From: Candidatus Bathyarchaeia archaeon | GTDB taxonomy: Archaea > Thermoproteota > Bathyarchaeia > Bathyarchaeales > Bathycorpusculaceae | Length of the DNA stretch: 64,000 nt | Assembly: GCA_050010755.1 (NCBI GenBank) | Contig: JBEKKK010000001.1 | Span: forward strand, 128,001 to 192,000 | Direction: 5' to 3' | Shown: piece after piece, positions 46,796-57,383 of the stretch | How positions within the stretch are numbered: the first letter of the stretch is position 1 | Layout: every line of letters starts with the position of its first letter | The notes under the pieces: model-generated | Told to the model about the DNA's origin: nothing | The model's database searches: none | The model's input: the letters and a program-made list of their open reading frames with translations, nothing else | Program-made: the position numbers and the translations under genes

Positions 46796-47791
46796 ATGGA
46801 AATGAACGATAGACCACGCAATACAGCTAAAGTAGCGCGCGCGCCAACGAGCACAGACTCAAGGGTTAGTATACTCTCTCCTTCGCGCGCACCTGTAGTT
46901 ACGATCGGAGTTTGCGTGAAGAATTGCGAAGGTCTCGTAGGGGATGCTATTGAAAGCATTGCTGAACAAGACTTCCCGAATGAGCTTTTGGAAATTATCT
47001 TCGTAGACGATGGTAGCACAGACAAAACACTAGACGTAATAGAGAGCCAAATTCGAAAACTGAAAATGGCGGCTAGAGCATTTCACCAAGAGTGGAAAGG
47101 ACTTGGAACCACAAGAAATGTCGTACTCTACAACTCAAAGGGAAAGTATATCGTTTGGGTAGACGGCGACATGAAGCTGTCAAGAGACTTCGTGAGAATA
47201 CAGACCAAGTTTATGGAAAAAAATCCCAAGGTCGGAGTTGCAAAAGGGTGCTATGGAATGTACGCCGCCAATGTTGTGAGTACCTTAGAGAACATGGAAT
47301 TCATAACGACTAACTCTAAACGTATGAGAAGAATTGATCCAAACCCCCTGGGGACTGGAGGATCAATCTATAGAGTCGAAGCCCTCAGAGAAGTTGGAGG
47401 CTTCAATGAAGATATTAAGGGCGCAGGAGAGGATGCTGACGCCGAGTACAGAATTAAAGCGGCTGGCTGGTTGCTGGACAATACGTCCGCAATTTTTTTT
47501 GAAAGGCGCAGAAGCACTTGGCGATCTCTGTGGGATGAATACTTCTGGCATGGAAAGGGCGGTTCAGGAGTTTTGAAAGGGAGCACCTTTACCAGTCAAT
47601 ACAAACTCTTGCCTCCAATTGCGTTTTTCATCGAATCTGTAAGGATTATCGTGGCATACAAGCTGACTCGAAGAAAACTCGCACTTCTGCTTCCTTTGCA
47701 CTATGGTTTCAAGAAGACAGCATGGTTCGCTGGTTTGCTTCAGACTATGCTGTTTTTCCAGAAAAATCTAAAATCGCAAGAAAACAAATAA
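46796..47791 (+). CDS. Glycosyltransferase family 2 (paralog of the preceding gene)
   Basis: TIGVCVKN, FVDDGSTD, WVDGDM, LGTGG.IYR and GED shared with 45760-46749. Confidence 0.9.
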   Translation: MEMNDRPRNTAKVARAPTSTDSRVSILSPSRAPVVTIGVCVKNCEGLVGDAIESIAEQDFPNELLEIIFVDDGSTDKTLDVIESQIRKLKMAARAFHQEWKGLGTTRNVVLYNSKGKYIVWVDGDMKLSRDFVRIQTKFMEKNPKVGVAKGCYGMYAANVVSTLENMEFITTNSKRMRRIDPNPLGTGGSIYRVEALREVGGFNEDIKGAGEDADAEYRIKAAGWLLDNTSAIFFERRRSTWRSLWDEYFWHGKGGSGVLKGSTFTSQYKLLPPIAFFIESVRIIVAYKLTRRKLALLLPLHYGFKKTAWFAGLLQTMLFFQKNLKSQENK

Positions 47792-47855
47792 CTGTCTAGT
47801 AACAATTCCGCGGTTCTTTTATGGTGAGAATAACGGTTATTATTTAATCTTTGAC

Positions 47856-48929
47856 ATGTTAGCTGGGGTTCTGATGAGAGTAGGTATCATAGGTTGCGGC
47901 GGAATTGCTCCGTTGCATATACGAGTATACAAGAACATCAAAGACGCTGAAATCGTAAGTCTCTGTGATTTGAATTTGGAAAGAGCCAAAAATCTTGCTG
48001 CCAGATTTGGCGTCCAGAAGATTTACAGTGACTATTGGAACATGTTTGATAAAGAAAAATTGGATTTGGTTGACATATGCACACCTGTCTCAACGCACAC
48101 TCGAATTGTCGCCGACGCAGCAGAAAAAGTTCCAGCGATTCTTGTTGAAAAACCCATGGCACTTAATGTTTCTGAGTGTGACAAAATAATACACGCTGTT
48201 AAGAAAAACGGAACAAAGCTTTGCATAGGGCACAACCAAATCTTCTCTCCCGTCATCAAAAAGGCAAAACAGATGGTGGATTCTGGAGACTTCAAGTTGT
48301 ATAGCTTCAGGACTTCCCTTAAAGCCAATTTTGAAGACTTGAAGGCGCGTGATTTGGCGCCTGCTTGGAATGTTTTGCCAGAGCAGAGAGGAATAATATG
48401 GGAGGTGTGTTGTCATCATTCCTATCTTCAATTGCACTTCTTGAGTGACATCGAGGAAGTCTATGCCGTAGGTCACAAAGTAAGATACCCGGTTTACGAT
48501 GACTTCGCAGTCGTCTTGAGGACTAAGAGTGACCGTTTCGGAATTATTGAACTTTCTTGGATCCAACACGAAATGGAGGTTGTCTACGAACTCAGAGATT
48601 CAACAGGAAGAAGACTTCAGATTTTCTATGACTTCTTCCATTATATGCAAGAGAATTCTCAGAAGCCTCCATTCACGACCGGTCTTGCAACGAAGAACAT
48701 GTTATCTGATGAAAAGCGACTCTTACAGAAGTGGGCGAAATTTGGATCATGTTATTTACAAAAAAGAAACCTTTTGCCGACGACTAACTTGATTACTAGC
48801 TATCTTGAGGCTCTCAAAAAAGACCTGCCTGCACCCGTAACGGCGGAAGATGGAAGAAGAACCGTAAACCTTCTGGAGTGCATCGAAAAGTCATTAGATT
48901 CGAAGCAACCAGTGAGGATGGACTATTAA
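47856..48929 (+). CDS. Gfo/Idh/MocA family oxidoreductase
   Basis: IIGCGGIA, ICTP..TH, VEKPMA. Confidence 0.9.
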   Translation: MLAGVLMRVGIIGCGGIAPLHIRVYKNIKDAEIVSLCDLNLERAKNLAARFGVQKIYSDYWNMFDKEKLDLVDICTPVSTHTRIVADAAEKVPAILVEKPMALNVSECDKIIHAVKKNGTKLCIGHNQIFSPVIKKAKQMVDSGDFKLYSFRTSLKANFEDLKARDLAPAWNVLPEQRGIIWEVCCHHSYLQLHFLSDIEEVYAVGHKVRYPVYDDFAVVLRTKSDRFGIIELSWIQHEMEVVYELRDSTGRRLQIFYDFFHYMQENSQKPPFTTGLATKNMLSDEKRLLQKWAKFGSCYLQKRNLLPTTNLITSYLEALKKDLPAPVTAEDGRRTVNLLECIEKSLDSKQPVRMDY

Positions 48930-49447
48930 TTCAGCCATTACAGTACTTGGTGAAGAAATTGATTATCAGCAAAACGATGATGCGCTTTTTCGGAATGTAT
49001 GCGCCATCACAAAGCATGCGCATAGCGATGTATAGAAAAGCTGGGATCAAAATTGGGAAGGTGCACACATTCGGCAGCAATATCTACCTTGATATTTTCA
49101 GCCCATATAATACCGTAATCGGCGACAACATTAATTTGGCGGGATACGCTCACATAATTACGCATTCTAATATTCTCTGGGGTATAGAAGACGAGGGCGG
49201 CCCGGTCGTTATAAAGAATGGGGCACGAATTGGAATTAATGTTACAATACTTCCGGGAGTGACAATAGGTGAAAACGCCGTAATAGGCGCTTGTTCATTG
49301 GTAAACAAAGACATACCTGATAATTGTATTGCCGTTGGTGTTCCTGCAAAACCGGTTAAATTGCACCACTTCTATAATAACGAACTATACAGAAAGCTCA
49401 CTCCATCAGACATGGTCAGGAATGTTGAGAAAATAAAAGGAGAATAA
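48878..49447 (+). CDS. Hexapeptide-repeat (LbH) O-acyltransferase
   Basis: IIT-H, PVVIKNGARIG..VTILPGVTIGENAVIGA.S.V.KDIP....GVPA. Start may be TTG 48947. Confidence 0.9.
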   Translation: MHRKVIRFEATSEDGLLIQPLQYLVKKLIISKTMMRFFGMYAPSQSMRIAMYRKAGIKIGKVHTFGSNIYLDIFSPYNTVIGDNINLAGYAHIITHSNILWGIEDEGGPVVIKNGARIGINVTILPGVTIGENAVIGACSLVNKDIPDNCIAVGVPAKPVKLHHFYNNELYRKLTPSDMVRNVEKIKGE

Positions 49448-49474
49448 GCGCGTTTGCAGAGCGCGCTAAATATT

Positions 49475-50992
49475 TTACTGAGTAAGGGGATGTGGATAAA
49501 CATAAGGTGTATAACCAGACGGTGGCGGTGCAGGAGCTGTCGGAGTCACTGTTCCGCCGCAGCTATCGCAGAAATAGTTTACTCCCGTGGTTATGCCATC
49601 ATTTGAAGTCACACTTAATGCAGTGCCAACATTATTGAAAACATTGTTCCATATCCAACAATCATTGATGTACTCTGGGTCTACTGGATCTCCGTTGTTG
49701 TAGTTTCTGTTTTGCAGATATATGCCGATGGCAACGTTTTTGATTGTGTTATTATAGATTAAACCTGAGCCGCCAGTATCATCTATTCCATACATTCCTG
49801 TTCCAGGAGCAGTACCATAAAGAGTATTATTGTAAACTTCTTCGCCACGAGAAGCGTATGCTACTGCTGAAAGACTCCATTCTCCTCCACCATGTTCATC
49901 CACGAATGGAAATCCCACCGTACCATTATAGCATGTGTTGAAACGGAAAACAAAATAGCCAAACCCTGAACTCGTCGCGCAGTGTCTTATCCAGTTGAAT
50001 GTCGAACTTTCGATGTAAACTGGCCCTGCCGTGAACGAAATATCAGAAGTTGTGTATACAGGCCAAGGCATCGTACCTGTATTAACATTTGCGGGAATAG
50101 TGGTATATTTGAGAGTGATTCCCTGCCAATCATATAGTCCCCACACTTGGCTTATGTTTTGTATCCACGTTGGCGTACCATACTCAGAACTTATGTAATA
50201 TTGGAAGTTGCCGCTGACTTGAACGCCATAGTTCCAAATGCCTCCGTGTATTACTTTGTACAAGGCCGAGAAGTCGCAGTTGCTAATCACGCCCTTAGAA
50301 GCACTTGAACTAATAGACGAGCCTGTGTTGCTATCGATAGCGCAGTGGTCTATCAAGAATCCGTCAACCCACGATAAAACGATGCCATCATTATCGTACA
50401 TTTGTGGATTCTCGCCAAGAGTAGGCTCTTGTATAACATCTCCTAGTATTGTAAAGCCTGAAATGCGAATATGCCTGTTCTCTGACTTGTAATTGTTAAG
50501 GTTACCACTTTCTTCTGGTGAACCTATAACGGAGAACGTGCATATCGGACCGGTCAGATTGTTGTCATTGCAAGCGTAGGATCGGAGGATGCATGAAGGA
50601 ACGTTGTAAAGTGCTAGACCATTTTGTTGAATAACCGTGGTATTCGTGTACGACCCTGTAATGTTAAGCCATGCTCCCGCAGGTAAATTTTCCAAATCGA
50701 TGGAAATTGCTCCGCCGTTTCCGTAGCCATCAACAGGCTGCTGGTCTACTCGCCAGTCACCAGCAGGAACATAGACTGTTCCGCCACCGTGTGAAATGAC
50801 GTTGTTTATGGCGCTTTGAATGGCTGCTGCCGAACCACTTGTAGCGGTAACTTCATAAATTGGCGATATCGAGAGCGTGCTCGGTATTACATCTGAGCTT
50901 GGGGGCAAAGAATATACATATGATAGAATTGCCGCAAACACCACTATTGCCAAGAATACAGCATAAGTTTTTCTGGGCCTCAAATTCCTCAT
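49475..50992 (-). CDS. Secreted right-handed parallel beta-helix protein (pectin-lyase-like)
   Basis: N-terminal TM/signal, IQSAIN...GGGTVYVPAG.W, IRISGFTI, repeated IDHC/ISNC/VYNN/IYNN/IWNN strands, C-terminal YTPYVYPHPL. Confidence 0.8.
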   Translation of the reverse strand: MRNLRPRKTYAVFLAIVVFAAILSYVYSLPPSSDVIPSTLSISPIYEVTATSGSAAAIQSAINNVISHGGGTVYVPAGDWRVDQQPVDGYGNGGAISIDLENLPAGAWLNITGSYTNTTVIQQNGLALYNVPSCILRSYACNDNNLTGPICTFSVIGSPEESGNLNNYKSENRHIRISGFTILGDVIQEPTLGENPQMYDNDGIVLSWVDGFLIDHCAIDSNTGSSISSSASKGVISNCDFSALYKVIHGGIWNYGVQVSGNFQYYISSEYGTPTWIQNISQVWGLYDWQGITLKYTTIPANVNTGTMPWPVYTTSDISFTAGPVYIESSTFNWIRHCATSSGFGYFVFRFNTCYNGTVGFPFVDEHGGGEWSLSAVAYASRGEEVYNNTLYGTAPGTGMYGIDDTGGSGLIYNNTIKNVAIGIYLQNRNYNNGDPVDPEYINDCWIWNNVFNNVGTALSVTSNDGITTGVNYFCDSCGGTVTPTAPAPPPSGYTPYVYPHPLTQ

Positions 50993-51466
50993 CCACTCTG
51001 CTTCTCTTCAATCAATTAATATGTTTCTGTTCAAGAGTGCTTCACATATACACAAATTCATTACCTCATAATAAATCTTGTGTCTCACGACAACAGTTGC
51101 ACGCGCTTTTTGCATCAGTTTGCACCCGTTTTTGAATTCAATTTGACGAGTATCTTGCTCGCCAATGTTCTTAAAGTCTCTTGATTAGTTCGCTTCACCA
51201 TTTAGTTAGCTCTAATTTGCATGACCGTGAAACATCTGCCTAGCACACGCGACTGTGAACGAGAGCACACGCAGGAGTAATAAAAGGTGAAAACGCCGTC
51301 ATACGAGCTACTCACTGGTAAACAAGGATGTGTCTGACGATATATCGCCGTTAAATTGCATCATTTCTATAAGCAAGATCAATGTGGAACACCAGAGTAC
51401 GCATTGTTGGGAATATTGGAGAAATCGAAGGTAACACGTCCGTAACACGAGATATGAGGCCACGCC

Positions 51467-53584
51467 ATGAATGAGTCAGACTTAACGGGCTTAAGACCAG
51501 CTCAACTTTCAGTCACCGTACTCGTTGCGACTGTTGCGCTTTGGTTTTCCGTGATATTTAATCTAGTGGTTGTTCGGGAAGTACTTGGATTCGTCTACCT
51601 CACTTTTTTGCCGGGTTTTGCACTTCTACGCTTGCTAAGGTTGAAGCTTGAAGTAGTCGAATCAATAGTTTTTGCGGTTGGTCTGAGCATCGCTTTCCTG
51701 ATGGTTGTAGGCCTTCTCTTAAATCTCCTAGGACCTTTGATTGGTATCTCAGGGCCTCTTGCACTGACCCCTTTAATGGTAGTTGTTACTGCAATTGTGC
51801 TATTGCTCTGGTTCGTTCGGCGAGACTATTATGATATTCGCGTATTTTCTTTTGGGTTCAAAAAGCTAATTGCCATTGGAGCCGTCGCGTCTGGGATAAT
51901 TATCTGTAGCGTGATTGGGGCAATTTTAGTTAACGCTCCTCCGCATAGCAATAACCTGATCTTGCTTTTCACGCTCGCTTTAATATCGATCCTCGTTGGA
52001 ATTTCAGTTTTCTCCAAAAGACTAGTGCCTCCTGAATCATATCCTCTAATCCTATTTGCTATCGCAACTGCGCTTCTGCTTCCCGTTTCCCTATTTTCTG
52101 AATACATACATGGTGGAGATATTTTCAGTGAATATGTTGCCTTCAAGCTCACGCTAAGCAGCTCTTTTTGGAACCCGGCAATATCAGGCAGAGTATATGC
52201 AATGCTGAGTGTGACGATTCTTCCGACGATATATTCTAACATTTTGGGTTTAGAACCAACTTGGATACTGAAAATTGTTTATCCTTTGATTTTTGCGATA
52301 GTCCCTCTAGGAGTATTTCAGCTCTTCAAATCCAAATTCGGAAAGGAAACTGCCTTTTTCTCCGTCGTTTTCTTTGTTTCAAACCTCGTTTTCTTCTCAG
52401 AAATCGTAACGCTCGCAAGACAGATGATTGGTGAACTGTTCTTCATCTTGCTGTTTCTGACGATCTTCAGTAAGAATATTAAGGGTTACGCAAAATGGTC
52501 GTGCTTTTGCATTTTCAGCTTTGGATTAGCCGTATCACATTATGCGTTGTCCTACATCTTTTTGATTTTCATCATTGCTTTTTGGCTTTTTAGTTTTTTC
52601 AGCAAACGCAAGATGTCAGTAAGTGTTGGCATGGTTTTCACATTTGCCGCCATCACTTTTGCTTGGTACATCTACAGTTCTGCATCATCAACATTTAACG
52701 ACCTGCTGAACATGATCAACAATATAACATCCAATTTTACCTCCGATTTTCTTAATCTTCAGTCCCGAGGAAGTTCGGTCTTGCAGGGCACCGGCCTTGA
52801 GAGCGGAGTGGGAACGTTCTGGCATATATGGGGCACATACCTTTACTATGCTACTGAAATACTCATCGTGGTCGGTTTTCTCGGCCTACTACTAAGGCAA
52901 CGAAGATCGTTTTTCAAGGACGAATATTATATTATGACTTTTCTTAACATGGCGCTTCTTGTGGCGTGCATCGTTGTGCCTAATTTGGCGACCAGTTTTA
53001 ACATGACCAGATTCTACCAACTGTCACTTTTCTTCTTAGCACCATTCTGCGTAATCGGAGGGAGGGATATCGTGCGCTTTTTGTCACGGAAAAGAATCAA
53101 AGAAAAATACCTTTTGGCAATCGTTGTCTTAGCGGTAATCATACCTTTCTTTCTCTTTCAGACTGACTTTGTTTATGAAGTCGCCAAGGAACAAAGCATT
53201 TCGTTGCCGCTCAGTTCATACAGGTTAAGTTCTTATCAGCTAACTTATGATGGCGTTCTCAAACCAACTGAGGTCTCGGGGGCAAGATGGTTATTGCAAT
53301 TCAACAGCCTGAACGAAACCATCTATTCAGATTGGCAGTTCGGAATAATGTTTGACTACGTGGGGATTCCAGAAATTATCGCGGGCGGCACTATCGCACC
53401 ATCTTCGGAAGTGCCGATGGGGAAAGGTTCTCTCCTTTATTTAGGGGAATATAATATAATCGACGGAGTCGTCTCCATCAGTTACGGGTCTGCTCCGCTA
53501 AATATCACTCAGATTGACCCTAATCTCAATGGCACAAATCTAGTCTATTCCAGCGGATCTTCTGAAATATACCAAATCCCTTAG
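51467..53584 (+). CDS. DUF2206 family polytopic membrane protein (possible GT-C/polymerase)
   Basis: FLPG...VGLSIAFLM, G.DI..EY, LSVTILP, ARQMIGE, SHY, R.YQ and E..GA.WL motifs, many TMs. Confidence 0.8.
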   Translation: MNESDLTGLRPAQLSVTVLVATVALWFSVIFNLVVVREVLGFVYLTFLPGFALLRLLRLKLEVVESIVFAVGLSIAFLMVVGLLLNLLGPLIGISGPLALTPLMVVVTAIVLLLWFVRRDYYDIRVFSFGFKKLIAIGAVASGIIICSVIGAILVNAPPHSNNLILLFTLALISILVGISVFSKRLVPPESYPLILFAIATALLLPVSLFSEYIHGGDIFSEYVAFKLTLSSSFWNPAISGRVYAMLSVTILPTIYSNILGLEPTWILKIVYPLIFAIVPLGVFQLFKSKFGKETAFFSVVFFVSNLVFFSEIVTLARQMIGELFFILLFLTIFSKNIKGYAKWSCFCIFSFGLAVSHYALSYIFLIFIIAFWLFSFFSKRKMSVSVGMVFTFAAITFAWYIYSSASSTFNDLLNMINNITSNFTSDFLNLQSRGSSVLQGTGLESGVGTFWHIWGTYLYYATEILIVVGFLGLLLRQRRSFFKDEYYIMTFLNMALLVACIVVPNLATSFNMTRFYQLSLFFLAPFCVIGGRDIVRFLSRKRIKEKYLLAIVVLAVIIPFFLFQTDFVYEVAKEQSISLPLSSYRLSSYQLTYDGVLKPTEVSGARWLLQFNSLNETIYSDWQFGIMFDYVGIPEIIAGGTIAPSSEVPMGKGSLLYLGEYNIIDGVVSISYGSAPLNITQIDPNLNGTNLVYSSGSSEIYQIP

Positions 53585-53852
53585 CGCGTATGGACAAAGA
53601 AACGAGCCTGGAAACGAAACTTACGGTCGTTGCTGGAATGGTTAATATGAAAAATATCTGGCGTAGCGTATTTGACAGCTGCGAGAGATACATTTCCGAA
53701 AAGCTTGCCTTTGGCGCCCATTTTCTAGTCTTTTGAGTTATCTGATGAAAAATCTGGACATACAGCTTCATTACATCTATTGGCTGTACAATCTCACTAA
53801 AGCATGATAACTTGTTTGTTCCCCCAAGGCTGAAGGAAGGACATAATTCAAC

Positions 53853-54959
53853 ATGCGAATAATTGAAGTCAACAAGTACGACGATTTCTTAGCACTTGAG
53901 GAAGCATGGAACGATATCCTCAAAAGATGCGGTCGTCACACTGTTTTTTCAACATGGGAGTGGCTAACAACTTGGTGGAAGCACTTTGGAAAAGACAAGA
54001 AGCTTCTGCTTCTTTTAGCGAAGGAAAACGACACGATTCTCGGAATAGCTCCGCTTATGTACTCGGTTCATAAAATGTTTGGTCTTCGAATGGGGAAGAT
54101 TGAGTTCATAGGAACGGGGACTTCAGATTACAACGATTTCATATTGACGAAAAGAACCGAAGAGTGCCTAAGACTGTTTATCGATTACCTTTATGATCTT
54201 CCAGAGAATTGGAAATGTGTTGACCTGATCGACATACAGGAGAATTCCAATAGCTTGCTCTTTCTAAGAAGAATTTCGAGTTTGAAGCCAGTTCACGAAT
54301 GTTCGTATTTTATCCTGCCAAACTCCTACGAAGCATTTCTGATGAATAATTTGAAAAGAAAACAAAGGAAACATGTCTATAGAAACGCGCGAAATCTTGA
54401 AAGGGCTTTCAAAGTAGAAGTTCTCGATTGTTCTAATGTTCAATCGTTTACAGAGGGAATGCAGTGTCTATTTGAACTGCACCAGAAAAGATGGGAATCG
54501 AGAGGATTTGAGGGAATCTTCGCTGATGGAAAATCTCGTGATTTCCATCTCGATATCGCTAGAGCGTTCTCGCAAAAAGAATGGTTGGGATTGGATTTAC
54601 TCACAGTTTCCGGGAAAAAAATTTCAGCAAACTACGGTTTTAAGTATCACTCCAAATATTACGCATATATCACCGGTTTTGACCCGGAATACACCAGATA
54701 CAGCGTCGGAAACGTGCTAGTTGCATATTCCATACGGAGATCTATTGATGAAGGACTGACGGAGTACGATTTCTTGAGAGGCGCAGAAGAATACAAAATT
54801 CGTTGGAACACAATCTCCAGATGGAATAGCAGAGCAATTCTGATCAGAAAAGGCATCGCTGCAAACATCGAGCTTAGGCTATATTATGAATACTGGAATC
54901 AAGGAAATAGACTGAAGTCCCTCTTGAAAATACCTTACGAGCATGTGCCAGCTTTTTAG
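53853..54959 (+). CDS. GNAT acyltransferase, CelD/BcsL-like (Acetyltransf_6)
   Basis: W..L....VFST.EWL.TWW..FG, GIAPL, SDY.DF, LHQKRW, GFDP...S.G, DFLRGAEEYK.RW. Confidence 0.88.
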   Translation: MRIIEVNKYDDFLALEEAWNDILKRCGRHTVFSTWEWLTTWWKHFGKDKKLLLLLAKENDTILGIAPLMYSVHKMFGLRMGKIEFIGTGTSDYNDFILTKRTEECLRLFIDYLYDLPENWKCVDLIDIQENSNSLLFLRRISSLKPVHECSYFILPNSYEAFLMNNLKRKQRKHVYRNARNLERAFKVEVLDCSNVQSFTEGMQCLFELHQKRWESRGFEGIFADGKSRDFHLDIARAFSQKEWLGLDLLTVSGKKISANYGFKYHSKYYAYITGFDPEYTRYSVGNVLVAYSIRRSIDEGLTEYDFLRGAEEYKIRWNTISRWNSRAILIRKGIAANIELRLYYEYWNQGNRLKSLLKIPYEHVPAF

Positions 54960-55015
54960 CGTGCGCCAGTCAGACATTAACTAGGTTTGGGAGAACGCAC
55001 TAAGGAACCAAAAAA

Positions 55016-55933
55016 ATGAAGCCAGTTGAAATAGGGGAACTCCCATTCGTTTCGATTGTTGTTTGCACTTATAATAGAAAGAAGCTTTTGAAGGATTGTC
55101 TCAATTCGATCTTTTCGGCTGACTATCCTTCATCCCTCTATGAAGTCATAATCGTCGACGGAGGATCGACGGACGGTACGAAAGAACTTTGCAAGGCCTT
55201 TCCTAAAATCCGATTTATTATCGAAAGCAAATTTGGACTAGCACATGCCAGAAACAAAGGGGCAAGCTTGGCTCGTGGCTCAGTAGTCGCATACGTAGAT
55301 GACGATTGCGTGGTTGACAAATTCTGGCTAAAAAACCTTCTAAAGGGATTTCAATATTCGAAAAGTGTGGTTGGTGTCGGAGGACCTGTCTTTCCATTGC
55401 ATCCTGAACTTATCCCTCCGAAGATCTTCGTACTGGCACCTTTGGGTTTCTATGATGAAGGGAGGGCAATTAAGTTGGTTTCGGGTATAGTCATGCCGAA
55501 TTCGGCGTTCAGAAGACAGATATTTGAGACTATTCAATTTGACGAAACCCTTGGAGTGACAAAAAGAGGAAAACTCATACTGCTCGGAGAAGACACTGAA
55601 TTCTGCAGAAACATCATAAACTCTGGATATCAACTGTTGTACACACCTTATGCGAAGGTTTATCACCAGATGATTATGGAACGGCTTACTGTAAGATACA
55701 TAATAGAGCATTCTTTCGGCAATGGAATAGTAACCGCAAAATCCATCCTGAAACAAAAGAACTCGAGAATCTGGGCAGTGAGAATAGCTTCGGGCGGAGT
55801 GGCTCAAGCTTTCTTCGCATCTTTCTCTAGAAGATCCTTCACTTCATGTTATATGTTAGTAGCCGCGGTATCAACACTTTTAATGAGCATTACGTCCCTT
55901 GATGAAGTATTGGTTCCATCACCCAAGCATTGA
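55016..55933 (+). CDS. Glycosyltransferase family 2
   Basis: SIVVCTYNR, VDGGSTD, GLAHARN, YVDDD, GEDTE. Confidence 0.92.
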   Translation: MKPVEIGELPFVSIVVCTYNRKKLLKDCLNSIFSADYPSSLYEVIIVDGGSTDGTKELCKAFPKIRFIIESKFGLAHARNKGASLARGSVVAYVDDDCVVDKFWLKNLLKGFQYSKSVVGVGGPVFPLHPELIPPKIFVLAPLGFYDEGRAIKLVSGIVMPNSAFRRQIFETIQFDETLGVTKRGKLILLGEDTEFCRNIINSGYQLLYTPYAKVYHQMIMERLTVRYIIEHSFGNGIVTAKSILKQKNSRIWAVRIASGGVAQAFFASFSRRSFTSCYMLVAAVSTLLMSITSLDEVLVPSPKH

Positions 55934-56196
55934 ACGCGGGGACAAACTGACGGCTTAGCTCAGGCAAATGTCGATAAAGACACACGCTTAGTAAAGGAGC
56001 GCGCTCAGATGAAGACTACTATTATGATTCAATCCAGTGAAGAGCGCGCGCAGGTCGTTTTTCGAGAGAGAACCCTATCATTTTCCGCAGATTGAATGCT
56101 TCTTATCACGCGTGTTTGACCATCGATGAACAGTTTTGAATAGGGCTGTTTGAAATATGCGAGCTTAAGACGGAGAAATGGAATGGTGCCCTTAAA

Positions 56197-57336
56197 TTGA
56201 AAGTGCTCATGCTTACGCCCACCTACTATCCTATCGTAGGTGGGGCTGAAACGATGGTTCAACGACTTGCTATCGAGCTTAATCTGCGTCAGATCAGAAC
56301 AGACATACTGACTTTTAACATGGACAAAGTATGGAGTCCTAAGTGGAGAGAAAAAACAGAGATTTCGAATCAAGGCTTTCGCATTTTCAAGATTCCAGCG
56401 TTGAACTGGACACCTATGATCAGTGCCTCAAGATACAAAATGGGCGTGAATCTTGTTCCTGGAAGGTTCTGGAACATGCTGAAATTTTATGACATTCTGC
56501 ATTATCACGTAGGAGATCTCAGTTTTCCCCTTTTCTCGCTTCCTTCCCAACAGCCGAAAGTATGTCAATTGCATGGCTTTGATTACGATGCTGCCAGAAG
56601 AAGTTTTCCCATTCGATACATCCTGAAGCATGCAGGAGATGTCTGGCTTACACCGACAGAACAGATGAAAAACGACTTAGCTAGGCTGGGTATGGCAGAA
56701 CAGAAAATCATGTGTCTTCCCAACAGCCTTGACATCCGAGTTTTCCGTCCAGCAGGGAAGAAGGAAGACAACCTCCTTCTTTTCGTTGGAAGAATACACC
56801 CTGGCAAAGGACTACATGTTCTTTTGAATTCATTACGTTATCTTGAACAGCCTGTTAGACTGGTCATTATCGGCCCTCCAGCCTGGAATTCAGAATACTT
56901 CAACCGAGTGCTCAAAACAATAGAAAAAATAAACCTCGAAGGCCAACATAGAGTCGAGTACATCGGCGAGAAAAGTCAAGAAGACATCATAGGATGGTAT
57001 CAACGAGCATCAATCCTTGTTTTGCCGCCCTTGGCGTACGAGGCCCTTGGCCTAGTGAACTTAGAAGCATTGGCTTGCGAAACTCCAGTAGTGGCAACGG
57101 ATGTGGGCGGAATCAGTGAAGCGGTTCATAGCGGAGAAAACGGAATACTCGTCAAACCGAATGATCCCGTCAGTTTGGCTAGCGCTATTCAGTACCTGTT
57201 GGACAACGAGAACATCAGAAGAAGGTTCGGCGAAGAAGGCAGAAGACTCGTCATGAAAAAGTTTTCAACAGACGCTGTTGTGCAAAAACTCATCACGATT
57301 TACGAGCGACTGCTTGCTTCCCGCTCTAGGACATGA
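56197..57336 (+). CDS. Glycosyltransferase family 4
   Basis: GGAE, FVGRIHPGKG, EALGLVNLEALACETPVVATDVGG. Confidence 0.93.
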   Translation: MKVLMLTPTYYPIVGGAETMVQRLAIELNLRQIRTDILTFNMDKVWSPKWREKTEISNQGFRIFKIPALNWTPMISASRYKMGVNLVPGRFWNMLKFYDILHYHVGDLSFPLFSLPSQQPKVCQLHGFDYDAARRSFPIRYILKHAGDVWLTPTEQMKNDLARLGMAEQKIMCLPNSLDIRVFRPAGKKEDNLLLFVGRIHPGKGLHVLLNSLRYLEQPVRLVIIGPPAWNSEYFNRVLKTIEKINLEGQHRVEYIGEKSQEDIIGWYQRASILVLPPLAYEALGLVNLEALACETPVVATDVGGISEAVHSGENGILVKPNDPVSLASAIQYLLDNENIRRRFGEEGRRLVMKKFSTDAVVQKLITIYERLLASRSRT

Positions 57337-57383
57337 ATGCTCGCCGCGTCAAAAACAAGTTACACAGAGAGGTCAAGTAGCAG

